Assembly (NCBI RefSeq): GCF_027490375.1
Contig: NZ_JAIXYH010000016.1
Coordinates: forward strand, 31,123-95,122
Reading direction: 5' to 3'
Length of the DNA: 64,000 bases
Origin: Flavobacterium sp.
Lineage (GTDB): Bacteria > Bacteroidota > Bacteroidia > Flavobacteriales > Flavobacteriaceae
The position numbers and the translations under genes were made by a program. Shown piece after piece: positions 19,943-29,287 of the stretch. The notes beneath the pieces were generated by a model. The model saw nothing but the letters and a program-made list of their open reading frames with translations, was not told the DNA's origin and searched no databases. The number at the start of each line of letters is the position of its first letter. Position 1 is the first letter of the stretch.

Positions 19943-20371
19943 ATGAAGCAGAGCAATCATCATTTTAGTTTTACAATATCTGTAAACACTACAAAAGCCA
20001 ATGTTTGGCAGACACTTATTGATGTTCAAAATTGGCATCAATGGGACACAGAACTCCTTGAAGCAAACCTTGAAGGCATTTTTGAAAAAGGTGCAAAAGG
20101 GACAATGAAACCCAAAACGGGACCAAAATTGAAATTTTACATTTCAGAACTTATCCCTAATCACTCATACACCATCAATACAATTATGCCAGTTGGCGAA
20201 CTTGTAATTAAGCGTAGTTTGACAGAAACAAACAACGAAGTTCATTTTACGGACGATATTGCATTTACAGGGTTTCTGAAATATATTTTTGGGTTAATGC
20301 TTGGCGGACAATTCAGAAAGGTTTTGCCTGAAGTAATGAATAACTTCAAACGAATAGCAGAAAATAAATGA
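19943..20371 (+). CDS. SRPBCC-superfamily (polyketide-cyclase/AHSA1-like) protein
   Basis: 142 aa. 'VWQTLIDVQNWHQWDTEL' is typical of SRPBCC ligand-binding proteins. Confidence 0.65.
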   Translation: MKQSNHHFSFTISVNTTKANVWQTLIDVQNWHQWDTELLEANLEGIFEKGAKGTMKPKTGPKLKFYISELIPNHSYTINTIMPVGELVIKRSLTETNNEVHFTDDIAFTGFLKYIFGLMLGGQFRKVLPEVMNNFKRIAENK

Positions 20372-20826
20372 AAACAGTAATTTTCGTATGCTTGTTTTCC
20401 TTTTTTTCAAAGTTGCAAGCACAAACAACTGAACCTAAATTGCCAATTGGAAATATCAGATTAAGTTTTTTGATTTTTCCACCGTTTACCCCACTGCTAA
20501 CTTTGGAAATGCGGACTTTGGACAAATTAACCATTCAGTTGGAAACAAATTTTATAAATACTCACGGTATAAATTTGAAGTATTTTATAAACGAGAGAAT
20601 GAACGGACATTTTGTATTTGTAGGCACAGCATTTTTAGAAAGTGATTTTTTGCGAAAAGATAAAAGCATAACCTTTCTGCCATATGCGGGTTATGGTTAT
20701 GCCTACCGATTTGGGAAATCAAATGCTTGGACTTTTGACAGCCGTTTAGGCATTGGCAGAACAACAAATGCGGACAATAACTTAATTCTTCCTGTTTTAA
20801 AAACAGGCATTGGACGAACCTTTTAA
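20368..20826 (+). CDS. Secreted hypothetical protein (possible small beta-barrel)
   Basis: It has a signal peptide (MKTVIFVCLFSFFSKLQAQ). Its ATG overlaps the upstream stop codon in an ATGA overlap. Confidence 0.5.
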   Translation: MKTVIFVCLFSFFSKLQAQTTEPKLPIGNIRLSFLIFPPFTPLLTLEMRTLDKLTIQLETNFINTHGINLKYFINERMNGHFVFVGTAFLESDFLRKDKSITFLPYAGYGYAYRFGKSNAWTFDSRLGIGRTTNADNNLILPVLKTGIGRTF

Positions 20827-20836
20827 AATAAAAAAA

Positions 20837-21208
20837 ATGATAGCACTAAAAATAGTTTACATAGCAAACATAATAGTAGCAGGTTGGATAAGCATAACTT
20901 CTGTTTTCAACCCAAACAAATCTGCCTTGACAGTTTTCCAAAACGCCTACCAACCGACAGAAGTTATACGGCTTGTTGGTTGTTTGTGGTTAGCAATAGC
21001 AATTTTATCAATTTTAGGACTATGGCGACCAATTTCATTTTCACCAATACTTTTAGTGCAACTTATATACAAAGGAACTTGGCTTTTAGTAGTCGCTTTA
21101 CCAGCAATCAGAAATAATCAACCTTATCCGACAGGTATGGCATTATTTTTTTTAATTTGGGTTTTGGTTTTACCATTTATTATTCCTTGGACAGAATGGA
21201 CGAAGTAG
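20837..21208 (+). CDS. Small membrane protein
   Basis: It has four hydrophobic segments. The start was trimmed to MIALKIVYIANI..., after the upstream stop codon. Confidence 0.5.
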   Translation: MIALKIVYIANIIVAGWISITSVFNPNKSALTVFQNAYQPTEVIRLVGCLWLAIAILSILGLWRPISFSPILLVQLIYKGTWLLVVALPAIRNNQPYPTGMALFFLIWVLVLPFIIPWTEWTK

Positions 21209-21636
21209 CAAGACCGAAAAAGCCCAGCAGGTAACAGTGGTAACCGTTGCACAACTATCATCTTTCGCCAAAATATAAAAATTCCAAATCAAAACGAGCT
21301 CAAATAAGACGTTTTAAAGTACGCTCGTTCGCAAAATAGCGTGTGGTTTTAAAAAATAACTAAGCCTTAAAACGCCTTTTTTGGAGTCAAAAAACAGCCA
21401 TTTTGTAAAACCGCAAAGCTTTTCTCGCTTTTGTGATATAACTTTGGCTCAAGTTAGTCGCTTTCGAAGCATTGGATTTCAATGAAAAGCTGCGGCTATT
21501 TGTATTGTTTCGAAAGCTAAATGACGAAAATGTGTTAGTGAAATACACGCAACCGTTGGTAAATGCAACTATTAACTGATGCATTAGCCTTTCGTGTAAT
21601 TTAGCTTTTTTTTAATTCAAACCATTAAAAGGTATT

Positions 21637-22482
21637 ATGACTACTAAAAAATCGATTCAAATATTTGAAGACAAACAGGTACGAACCGTGTGGGATGTCG
21701 ATCATGAAAAATGGTTTTTTTCTGTAATTGATGTGATCGAAATATTGGCTGGCACCGACCGACCGAGAAAATATTGGAGCGACTTAAAGGCTAAACTTAA
21801 GAAGGAAGGAAGTGAACTGTCCGAAAAAATCGGACAGTTGAAAATGCAGGCAGATGACGGAAAAATGCGTCTGACTGATGTAGCAGATACGGAACAGCTT
21901 TTCAGATTAATTCAGTCTATTCCGTCTCACAAAGCCGAGCCTTTTAAGCTGTGGCTTGCGCAAGTAGGCAGCGAACGCTTAGATGAAATGCAAGATCCTG
22001 AATTGAGTATTGATCGTGCTTTGGAACAATATTTAAAGTTAGGCTATTCGGAAAACTGGATAAACCAGCGCCTAAAAAGCATTGAAATTCGCAAAGAACT
22101 AACTGATGAATGGAAAAACAAAGGACTAAAAGAAGGGCAACAATTTGCCACGCTTACCGATATAATCACTAAAGCTTGGGCGGGTAAAACCACCAAACAA
22201 TACAAGGTTTTCAAAGGATTGAAAAAAGAAAACTTACGTGATAACATGACTAATACTGAATTGATTTTAAACATGCTTGCTGAGGCTTCTACCAAGGATA
22301 TTTCGCAAGCCACAAATCCGAAAGATTTCGATGAAAGCAAAAAAGTTGCCCAACAAGGCGGCAATGTAGCTAAAGTGGCTCTCAAAGAATTGGAATCAAA
22401 AACAGGAAAAAAAGTAGTTAGTTCGCTAAATGCTAAGTCGGTTTTAGGTATTGAAAAATCTCCAAAGAAAATGGATGAATAA
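21637..22482 (+). CDS. BRO-N domain / DinD-like (DNA-damage-inducible protein D family) protein
   Basis: The N-terminal 'IQIFEDKQVRTVWDVDHEKWFFSVIDVIEILAG' is a Bro-N pattern. The C-terminal 'KGLKKENLRDNMTNTELILNMLAEAST' resembles E. coli DinD 'KGLKKNQKILDHMGSTELAANLF'. Confidence 0.75.
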   Translation: MTTKKSIQIFEDKQVRTVWDVDHEKWFFSVIDVIEILAGTDRPRKYWSDLKAKLKKEGSELSEKIGQLKMQADDGKMRLTDVADTEQLFRLIQSIPSHKAEPFKLWLAQVGSERLDEMQDPELSIDRALEQYLKLGYSENWINQRLKSIEIRKELTDEWKNKGLKEGQQFATLTDIITKAWAGKTTKQYKVFKGLKKENLRDNMTNTELILNMLAEASTKDISQATNPKDFDESKKVAQQGGNVAKVALKELESKTGKKVVSSLNAKSVLGIEKSPKKMDE

Positions 22483-22576
22483 AGAACACGTCATAATCGC
22501 CTTTAACGCCGGTTTATGAACTGCCCTCCACAAAGTCTCCCGACTTTAAGTATTCATAAAACGTTAATTGAAACTC

Positions 22577-22993
22577 ATGAATCAAACTATCCCCAAAATA
22601 CTAAAATTCAAGTTACTAATTATGTTAATCATTATGACAACCTTTGCAGTTTTAATCGACGCACCATTCAGCTTTAGACATTATGAAAATCACCCATTTA
22701 TAGTGTATTTCGCCTTTACTTTTATCACTAGTGTATAATATATAAGTACATGTCGTAAATTCATTTTTGCTGAAAAGATATTTTATTCGGTTTTCATCGG
22801 TATCCTAGCAATGTTTTGTAGCGCTGTGCTAGGTGAGATTATCTTGGGGAAACTTTATGGTTTCGATGATAATTTTGGTACATTAAAATCTCCAGTAATT
22901 CTACAAAATCTTGTTTTTTATTTGCTCACCAATATGTTTATAATCTCAATTTTTACAATTTGGGATAAGTATCGAAAGGATATTTATAATTGA
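22577..22993 (+). pseudogene. Small membrane protein reading frame interrupted by one in-frame TAA
   Basis: The ATG at 22577 opens a 53-codon hydrophobic ORF that ends at a TAA (22736-22738). The same frame stays open from 22739 to the stop at 22991-22993 and includes tracked ORF 22811..22993. The offset 22811-22577 is 234, which is 78 codons. Confidence 0.5.
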
Positions 22994-23310
22994 ATTTTTA
23001 TATACTACAACAGGCACTACACAACCCTTGCTTTCACATTACTTTCACTCAAAAACTCCCAAATGCAACCTAAGCCAATGCCTTTTATTCCCAGCTTTAC
23101 TTCTGAAAGAAATTCACGGTAAATTATTGTAAAGGCGTAAGAATTTATTCGTATTTTTATTTTTGTCTTTGTAGAAGTTTCAGTTCAAGTGTTTAAAAAC
23201 GAAGTTGATCGAAATTCTGGAAAGCATTAGAAGTAAAAGAAACAATAAAAAGACGGTTACGAGGTATATAAACGTACTTCCAACTACAAAAACGAGCTGA
23301 CGTATCAAAC

Positions 23311-26300
23311 TTGATTAGAGAAGAACTACATACCAACCACTCCATTGCATTTATCGACACCGAAATTGACCCCCAAAGCAAGCGCATTCGTGATATTGGC
23401 GGTGTTAAAAATAATGGCAGCTTGTTTCACGACCCTTCGGTTACTGCATTTATAGCATTTGTGAGCGGTACGCATTTTGTTTGTGGTCATAATATTATTA
23501 ATCACGACTTACAATATATCGGAAAAGCGCTGGCAGCGGCAGGAGTAAATTCAGCTAACATCATCGACACGTTGCATCTTTCACCTTTGCTATTTCCAAG
23601 CAAGCCATATCATGCATTGGTCAAAGACGATAAATTATACTATGAAGATGAAAACAATCCGTTAAACGATTCCATAAAAGCAAAAGATTTACTGAATGAC
23701 GAGATTACGGCATTCAAACAGCTTAACGAGAGCTTAAAACAAATATTCTACTTATTACTAAACGACAACCGAGAATTTCACGCCTTTTTTCGATTCATCG
23801 ATTACAAAAGTTCTGAGAACGACTTAACTCATATAGTTCGCACACATTTTAATAATGAAATTTGCGAAAAAGCCGATGTGTCGAAACTAAGCTTTGAAAA
23901 TCCAATTGAACTCGCTTATGCCCTATCGCTTATTCATTCGTTCGTGGTCAGAAAAAAGGCGTACTCCATTACGCCGCGTTGGGTTTTAAAAAATTATCCC
24001 GAAGTAGAACGAATCATGTTTCTTTTACGAAACAAACCTTGCCTTAGTGGCTGCGCTTATTGCAACGACTTTTTAGATGCACACAAAGGATTGAAGCGCT
24101 TTTTTGGTTACAGCTCTTTTCGAAACTACGACGGAGAACCTTTACAAGAAAGGGCAGTTAACGCAGCTATCAACAACAAATCGATACTTGCCGTTTTTCC
24201 AACCGGCGGCGGAAAATCAATCACATTTCAGGTTCCTGCTTTGATTAGCGGCGAAACCTCGAAAGCATTGACTGTAGTTATCTCGCCGTTGCAGTCGCTT
24301 ATGAAAGACCAAGTCGATAATTTGGAAAGAAACGGAATTACGGATGCCGTAACCATAAATGGCTTGCTCGACCCCATTGAAAGAGTAAAATCTTTTGAAA
24401 GAGTTGAAGACGGCTCAGCTTCTATTCTCTACATATCACCCGAATCGCTGCGATCCAAAACGATTGAAAGATTAATTCTAGGAAGAAAAATTGCTCGTTT
24501 CGTAATCGACGAAGCTCACTGTTTTTCGGCTTGGGGGCAAGATTTTCGAGTCGACTATTTGTACATTGGCGACTTCATAAAAGCAGTTCAAGAAAAGAAA
24601 AATCTAGATGAAGGAATTCCGGTTTCATGCTTTACGGCAACTGCAAAACAAAAAGTAATTGAAGATATTCGGTCGTATTTTAAAGAAAAGCTATCGCTCG
24701 AACTAGAATTATTCACTTCAAAAGCAGCTCGTACAAATCTGAAATACAAAGTTTTCAATAGAGTTGACGAAGAAGAAAAATATCAAACCGTTCGCGATTT
24801 ACTTGACGAAAAGAATTGTCCGACAATTATTTACGTTTCTCGGACGCGAAAAGCCTACGCGCTAGCCGAGCAGTTAACTCAAGACGGATTTCGTGCAAAA
24901 CCGTACCACGGAAAAATGGATAAGATTGAAAAATCTAAAAATCAGGATTCGTTTATCAATGGTACTACTCAGATAATCGTTGCTACTTCGGCTTTTGGAA
25001 TGGGCGTTGATAAAAAAGACGTTGGCATGGTTATCCACTTTGAGATTTCTGATTCGCTTGAAAACTACATTCAGGAAGCCGGACGAGCCGGACGAGATGA
25101 AAATCTGGCCGCAGATTGTTTTGTTTTATTTAATGAAGAAGATCTCAGCAAACACTTCATATTACTGAATCAAACTAAGCTTTCAATAAAAGAAATTCAG
25201 CAAATTTGGAAAGCTATAAAAGATATAACCCGTTTTCGTTCAACAGTTTCAAATTCGGCTTTGGAAATAGCACGAAAAGCAGGTTGGGATGAAAATGTAG
25301 TTGAAATTGAAACACGCGTAACTACTGCCATTGCAGCGCTAGAAGACGCTGGATACCTAACGCGAGGCCAAAATATGCCTCGTATTTTTGCGAACAGTAT
25401 TATTTCAAAGAATGCCGAAGAAGCCATTGCGAAAATTAATGCATCTGATAAATTTCAAGAACATCAAAAAGAAAAAGGAATTCGAATTATCAAAAAACTT
25501 TTTTCCAGTAAACGCAGAAAGGAAACAAACGATGAAGCTGCCGAATCGAGAGTTGACTACATCAGCGACCATCTGGGCATCGTAAAAGACGAGGTTATTA
25601 CCATCATCAATCTTTTGCGTGAAGAAAATATTTTAGCGGATGCCAAAGATCTGACTGCATTTATCAAAAAAGGGGAAAATAGAAATCGTTCGTTGAAAAT
25701 TGTCGATACATTTCGAAAAATAGAGAACTTTTTATTGCCCTATTTTGAAGAAGAAGAAAAAGTAATTCATATAAAAGAACTCAATGAACATGCCGCTGCA
25801 GCAGGAATTGATGAGGTAAACACGAACAGAATAAAGACAATCTTCAATTTCTGGGCTATTAAGAATTGGATTAAACGAAAATCGTTAGATTCTAAAAACC
25901 ACATCGCTATTCGTTCTTTGCATACCCAGGAAGTCTTAAAAGAAAAGCTGGAGAAGCGCCATGATTTAGCAAATGCTATTATTCAGTTTTTATATGAAAA
26001 AAGCAATCAAAGTGAATTAAATACTGATTCAGAAAAAGAGGAAGTTTTGGTTGAGTTCTCTGTACACGAGCTAAAAGCCGACTATGAAAACAGGAGCAAT
26101 CTTTTTAATTTGAATATTAGCATTGACGATATTGAAGATGCGCTCTTTTATTTGTCGCGTATTGAAGCTATTAAAATTGAAGGCGGTTTTCTTGTATTGT
26201 ATAACCGATTAACCATTGAAAGAACAGAAACCGACAATAGGAAAAAATACACCAAAGACGATTATCAGAAATTGCAACAGTTTTATGAAAGTAAAGTACA

Positions 26301-28152
26301 GCAAATTCATATCGTGGGCGAATATGCTAAAATGATGATTTCCGACTATAAAAACGCTTTGCAATTCGTAGAAGACTATTTCCAATTGAATTACAATTCG
26401 TTTTTGAGTAAATACTTTAAGGGTAGCCGACAAAACGAAATCAAACGAAATATCACACCGCAAAAGTTTCAGCAATTGTTTGGTGAACTTTCGCCAACAC
26501 AACTAAAAATCATCAACGACAAAGAAAGTCAACATCTTGTTGTTGCCGCCGGACCTGGAAGCGGAAAAACACGCGTTTTAGTGCACAAACTTGCGTCGTT
26601 ACTACTTATGGAAGATGTAAAGACAGAGCAATTATTGATGCTTACATTTTCTAGAGCAGCAGCAACTGAATTTAAAAAGAGATTGCTGCAATTAATTGGA
26701 AATGTTGCCCATTATATTGAGATCAAGACCTTTCACTCTTATTGTTTTGATTTGCTGGGGAAGGTTGGAAGTTTGGAAAAATCAGATGAAATTCTGCAAA
26801 AGACCATCGAAAAAATTAGAAGTAAGGATGTCGAACAAAGCAGAATCACGAAAACTGTTTTGGTAATTGACGAGGCGCAAGATATGAACTACGACGAATT
26901 TGCGCTTGTTAAGTCATTGATAGAACAAAATGAAGATATGCGCGTCATTGCAGTTGGAGACGACGACCAAAATATTTATGAATTTCGAGGAGCGAGTTCA
27001 AAATATTTGGAGAATTTTATTCGTGAACATCATGCTATAAAATACGAATTACTTGAAAACTACAGAAGCAAAAATAATCTTGTAGCTTTTTCAAATCAAT
27101 ATGTAAATCGGATTCCAAATCGCCTGAAGCAACTGCCCATAGTTGCTATGCAAAAAGACAACGGAACATTAAAAATAGTTCGTTATCAAAATAAAAACCT
27201 CATCGACCCCCTCGTTCAAGACATCCTAACAACAGGACTTTCAGGCACTACGTGTGTTTTGACAAAAACAAACGACGAAGCACTACAAATTACAGGCTTG
27301 TTGTTAAAAAACAAAGTGCATGCGAAGTTAATTCAATCCAATGACGGATTTAATTTACAAAATCTGTTTGAAATGCGTTTCTTTATGAATCATATAAATG
27401 CGTCTGATGAAGTTCCAACCATTAGCGATGAAGTATGGAAAAATGCCCAACATGCACTAATTAACAGATTTCGAAACAGTTCTAACTTAGAAATTTGCTT
27501 AAACATCTTCAAAGATTTTGCAACCGTCAATCCCAAAAGGAAATATAAATCGGATTTAGATGCGTTTATCCGGGAATCAAAACTAGAAGACTTTTTCAGT
27601 GAAAAAAGTGAAACTATTTTTGTTTCAACCATTCACAAGGCAAAAGGTAAAGAATTTGATAACGTTTTTATACTGCTTGATGACTTTAACCTCACAATAA
27701 ACGAAGAAAAACGACAATTATATGTTGCACTAACAAGAGCAAAAAACAATCTGACAATTCATGTGAACTCCAACATTTTAGATCAGTTGAAAGCAGATCA
27801 CGTAAATTGGATTGACGACAGAGATTTTCATCCTCAGCCGAAAGGCCTAGTAATGCAATTAACTTTAAAAGACGTATGGCTAAACTATTTCATAGACAAA
27901 CAAAGCGTTATATCCCAACTTACTAGCGGTGACACTTTAATTGTGAATGAAAACGGATGTTTTGATAGCAACGGCAAGCCCATTTTAAAGTTCTCTAAAC
28001 ATTTTGTCGAACAAATTGAAACCAGAAAAACGAATCATTACGAACTAAAATATGCAACAGTAAACTATATTCTCTTCTGGAAGAATGAAAACATGCATCA
28101 CGAAGTAAAAATTGTGTTGCCAGGTCTGTACTTCGAAAGATCAAATAAGTAA
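23311..28152 (+). CDS. 1,613-aa fusion protein: DEDD 3'-5' exonuclease + RecQ-family SF2 helicase + UvrD/PcrA-like SF1 helicase + unassigned C-terminal domain
   Basis: - Exonuclease motifs: IAFIDTEID, FVCGHNIINHDLQYI.
- RecQ motifs: FGYSSFRNYDGEPLQERAV, FPTGGGKSITFQ, FVIDEAHCFSAWGQDFRVDY, FTATA, ATSAFGMGVDKKDVGMVIHF, YIQEAGRAGRDE.
- UvrD motifs: VVAAGPGSGKTRVLVHK, LTFSRAAATEF, VLVIDEAQDMN, GDDDQNIYEFRGAS, ENYRS, STIHKAKGKEFDNVFIL, LYVALTRAKNNLTI.
- Start: TTG, because no in-frame ATG exists upstream of ExoI. Confidence 0.9.
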   Translation: MIREELHTNHSIAFIDTEIDPQSKRIRDIGGVKNNGSLFHDPSVTAFIAFVSGTHFVCGHNIINHDLQYIGKALAAAGVNSANIIDTLHLSPLLFPSKPYHALVKDDKLYYEDENNPLNDSIKAKDLLNDEITAFKQLNESLKQIFYLLLNDNREFHAFFRFIDYKSSENDLTHIVRTHFNNEICEKADVSKLSFENPIELAYALSLIHSFVVRKKAYSITPRWVLKNYPEVERIMFLLRNKPCLSGCAYCNDFLDAHKGLKRFFGYSSFRNYDGEPLQERAVNAAINNKSILAVFPTGGGKSITFQVPALISGETSKALTVVISPLQSLMKDQVDNLERNGITDAVTINGLLDPIERVKSFERVEDGSASILYISPESLRSKTIERLILGRKIARFVIDEAHCFSAWGQDFRVDYLYIGDFIKAVQEKKNLDEGIPVSCFTATAKQKVIEDIRSYFKEKLSLELELFTSKAARTNLKYKVFNRVDEEEKYQTVRDLLDEKNCPTIIYVSRTRKAYALAEQLTQDGFRAKPYHGKMDKIEKSKNQDSFINGTTQIIVATSAFGMGVDKKDVGMVIHFEISDSLENYIQEAGRAGRDENLAADCFVLFNEEDLSKHFILLNQTKLSIKEIQQIWKAIKDITRFRSTVSNSALEIARKAGWDENVVEIETRVTTAIAALEDAGYLTRGQNMPRIFANSIISKNAEEAIAKINASDKFQEHQKEKGIRIIKKLFSSKRRKETNDEAAESRVDYISDHLGIVKDEVITIINLLREENILADAKDLTAFIKKGENRNRSLKIVDTFRKIENFLLPYFEEEEKVIHIKELNEHAAAAGIDEVNTNRIKTIFNFWAIKNWIKRKSLDSKNHIAIRSLHTQEVLKEKLEKRHDLANAIIQFLYEKSNQSELNTDSEKEEVLVEFSVHELKADYENRSNLFNLNISIDDIEDALFYLSRIEAIKIEGGFLVLYNRLTIERTETDNRKKYTKDDYQKLQQFYESKVQQIHIVGEYAKMMISDYKNALQFVEDYFQLNYNSFLSKYFKGSRQNEIKRNITPQKFQQLFGELSPTQLKIINDKESQHLVVAAGPGSGKTRVLVHKLASLLLMEDVKTEQLLMLTFSRAAATEFKKRLLQLIGNVAHYIEIKTFHSYCFDLLGKVGSLEKSDEILQKTIEKIRSKDVEQSRITKTVLVIDEAQDMNYDEFALVKSLIEQNEDMRVIAVGDDDQNIYEFRGASSKYLENFIREHHAIKYELLENYRSKNNLVAFSNQYVNRIPNRLKQLPIVAMQKDNGTLKIVRYQNKNLIDPLVQDILTTGLSGTTCVLTKTNDEALQITGLLLKNKVHAKLIQSNDGFNLQNLFEMRFFMNHINASDEVPTISDEVWKNAQHALINRFRNSSNLEICLNIFKDFATVNPKRKYKSDLDAFIRESKLEDFFSEKSETIFVSTIHKAKGKEFDNVFILLDDFNLTINEEKRQLYVALTRAKNNLTIHVNSNILDQLKADHVNWIDDRDFHPQPKGLVMQLTLKDVWLNYFIDKQSVISQLTSGDTLIVNENGCFDSNGKPILKFSKHFVEQIETRKTNHYELKYATVNYILFWKNENMHHEVKIVLPGLYFERSNK

Positions 28153-28500
28153 TTGATTTAAGATACTGCTTAACTAAAACTCAACGTAGCACAACAACAG
28201 CATTATTCTTACCACGACCAAAATTCTTCAAACACACCAACTAAAAACGCATCAATTCGTAAATAACGTGAGTTCGATATAAAAATCAAAGTTAGAAAGC
28301 TTTTAAATAGTTGATTACTAGGCGTATTTTCTTTGGGATACCGCGGTATCTCAAAAAAATACAATTACGTAAGCGACTGTTTAAATGATTAGCTATAAAT
28401 AATGGTGAATCGAAATTAATAGTAGCCATCTAAAGTTTTCATTTCAAGCGATCTAACAAAGGTTTTTATGTCGAACTGAAGTTAAATAGTAAAAGAATTA

Positions 28501-29181
28501 CTATAACCTCATTTTCAAAGGCACAAGGCGGTTCATACTACGGGGTGTGTACTCGCCGGCTTTTTTGTACTGAATCGAATCGCGTGAACGAACTTCAATG
28601 ATCTGGTACCTTTCAATATCATCTTTCCATTGATCATCAGTAATGAAATGTTTGATATCTATGGTTCCGAGGTTGATGGCGTTGTCGTACGAAAGAGCAT
28701 TAAGAGCATCAATTTGACTTTGCTTTTCCACGTCGTCGGGCAACAAAGCTGTTTTAGTTTGATCCAAATTTGAATACGGATGGTCTAGTCCGTTTAAAAA
28801 CTCATGGAAAACAAAAGACTCCGACTTTTCAAAATAAATAGGCACGACGGCATAAAACGGATATTGTAAACGAGAACCCTCAAACTCTAGTCGCAAATAA
28901 ATTTCTGGCGGAAAATCATTACTTGGATAACCGCAACTGATGCAATTGTATCGTATCAAAAGTTCGTATTCCTTTGTTTTTGCATTGTACTTTAAATCGT
29001 AATTCCTCAGATAGTTAAAAGTTTTGGAATCGTTGAGAAACACTTCAACATTTTTGTAGGTATATCTGAGCGTTTCCTTCGTATTTAATTTGAACTTAAA
29101 CTTAAAATGCCACAACTCACCATCTTGCGCAACCATAAGATTTGAAATAAACAGAATTAATAGGAGCAGTACTTTTTTCAT
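28501..29181 (-). CDS. Secreted hypothetical protein
   Basis: It has a signal peptide (MKKVLLLLILFISNLMVAQ). It is 226 aa and I recognised no motif. Confidence 0.6.
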   Translation of the reverse strand: MKKVLLLLILFISNLMVAQDGELWHFKFKFKLNTKETLRYTYKNVEVFLNDSKTFNYLRNYDLKYNAKTKEYELLIRYNCISCGYPSNDFPPEIYLRLEFEGSRLQYPFYAVVPIYFEKSESFVFHEFLNGLDHPYSNLDQTKTALLPDDVEKQSQIDALNALSYDNAINLGTIDIKHFITDDQWKDDIERYQIIEVRSRDSIQYKKAGEYTPRSMNRLVPLKMRL

Positions 29182-29287
29182 ATCACCTAACTTTAATTGT
29201 GTTTTAAATCCGATTTTCTTGATAATCTGTTTTTATTGTTTAAGTCTTAAAATAACGAAATCGCAAAAAACGGCTGTCGGTCGCAAC

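Noticed and set aside
28337-28350. Perfect 14-bp palindrome GATACCGCGGTATC between convergent genes, considered as a bidirectional terminator
   Set aside because: On both strands the T-run precedes the hairpin rather than following it, so it does not fit an intrinsic terminator. It might be a protein-binding site, but nothing else supports that.
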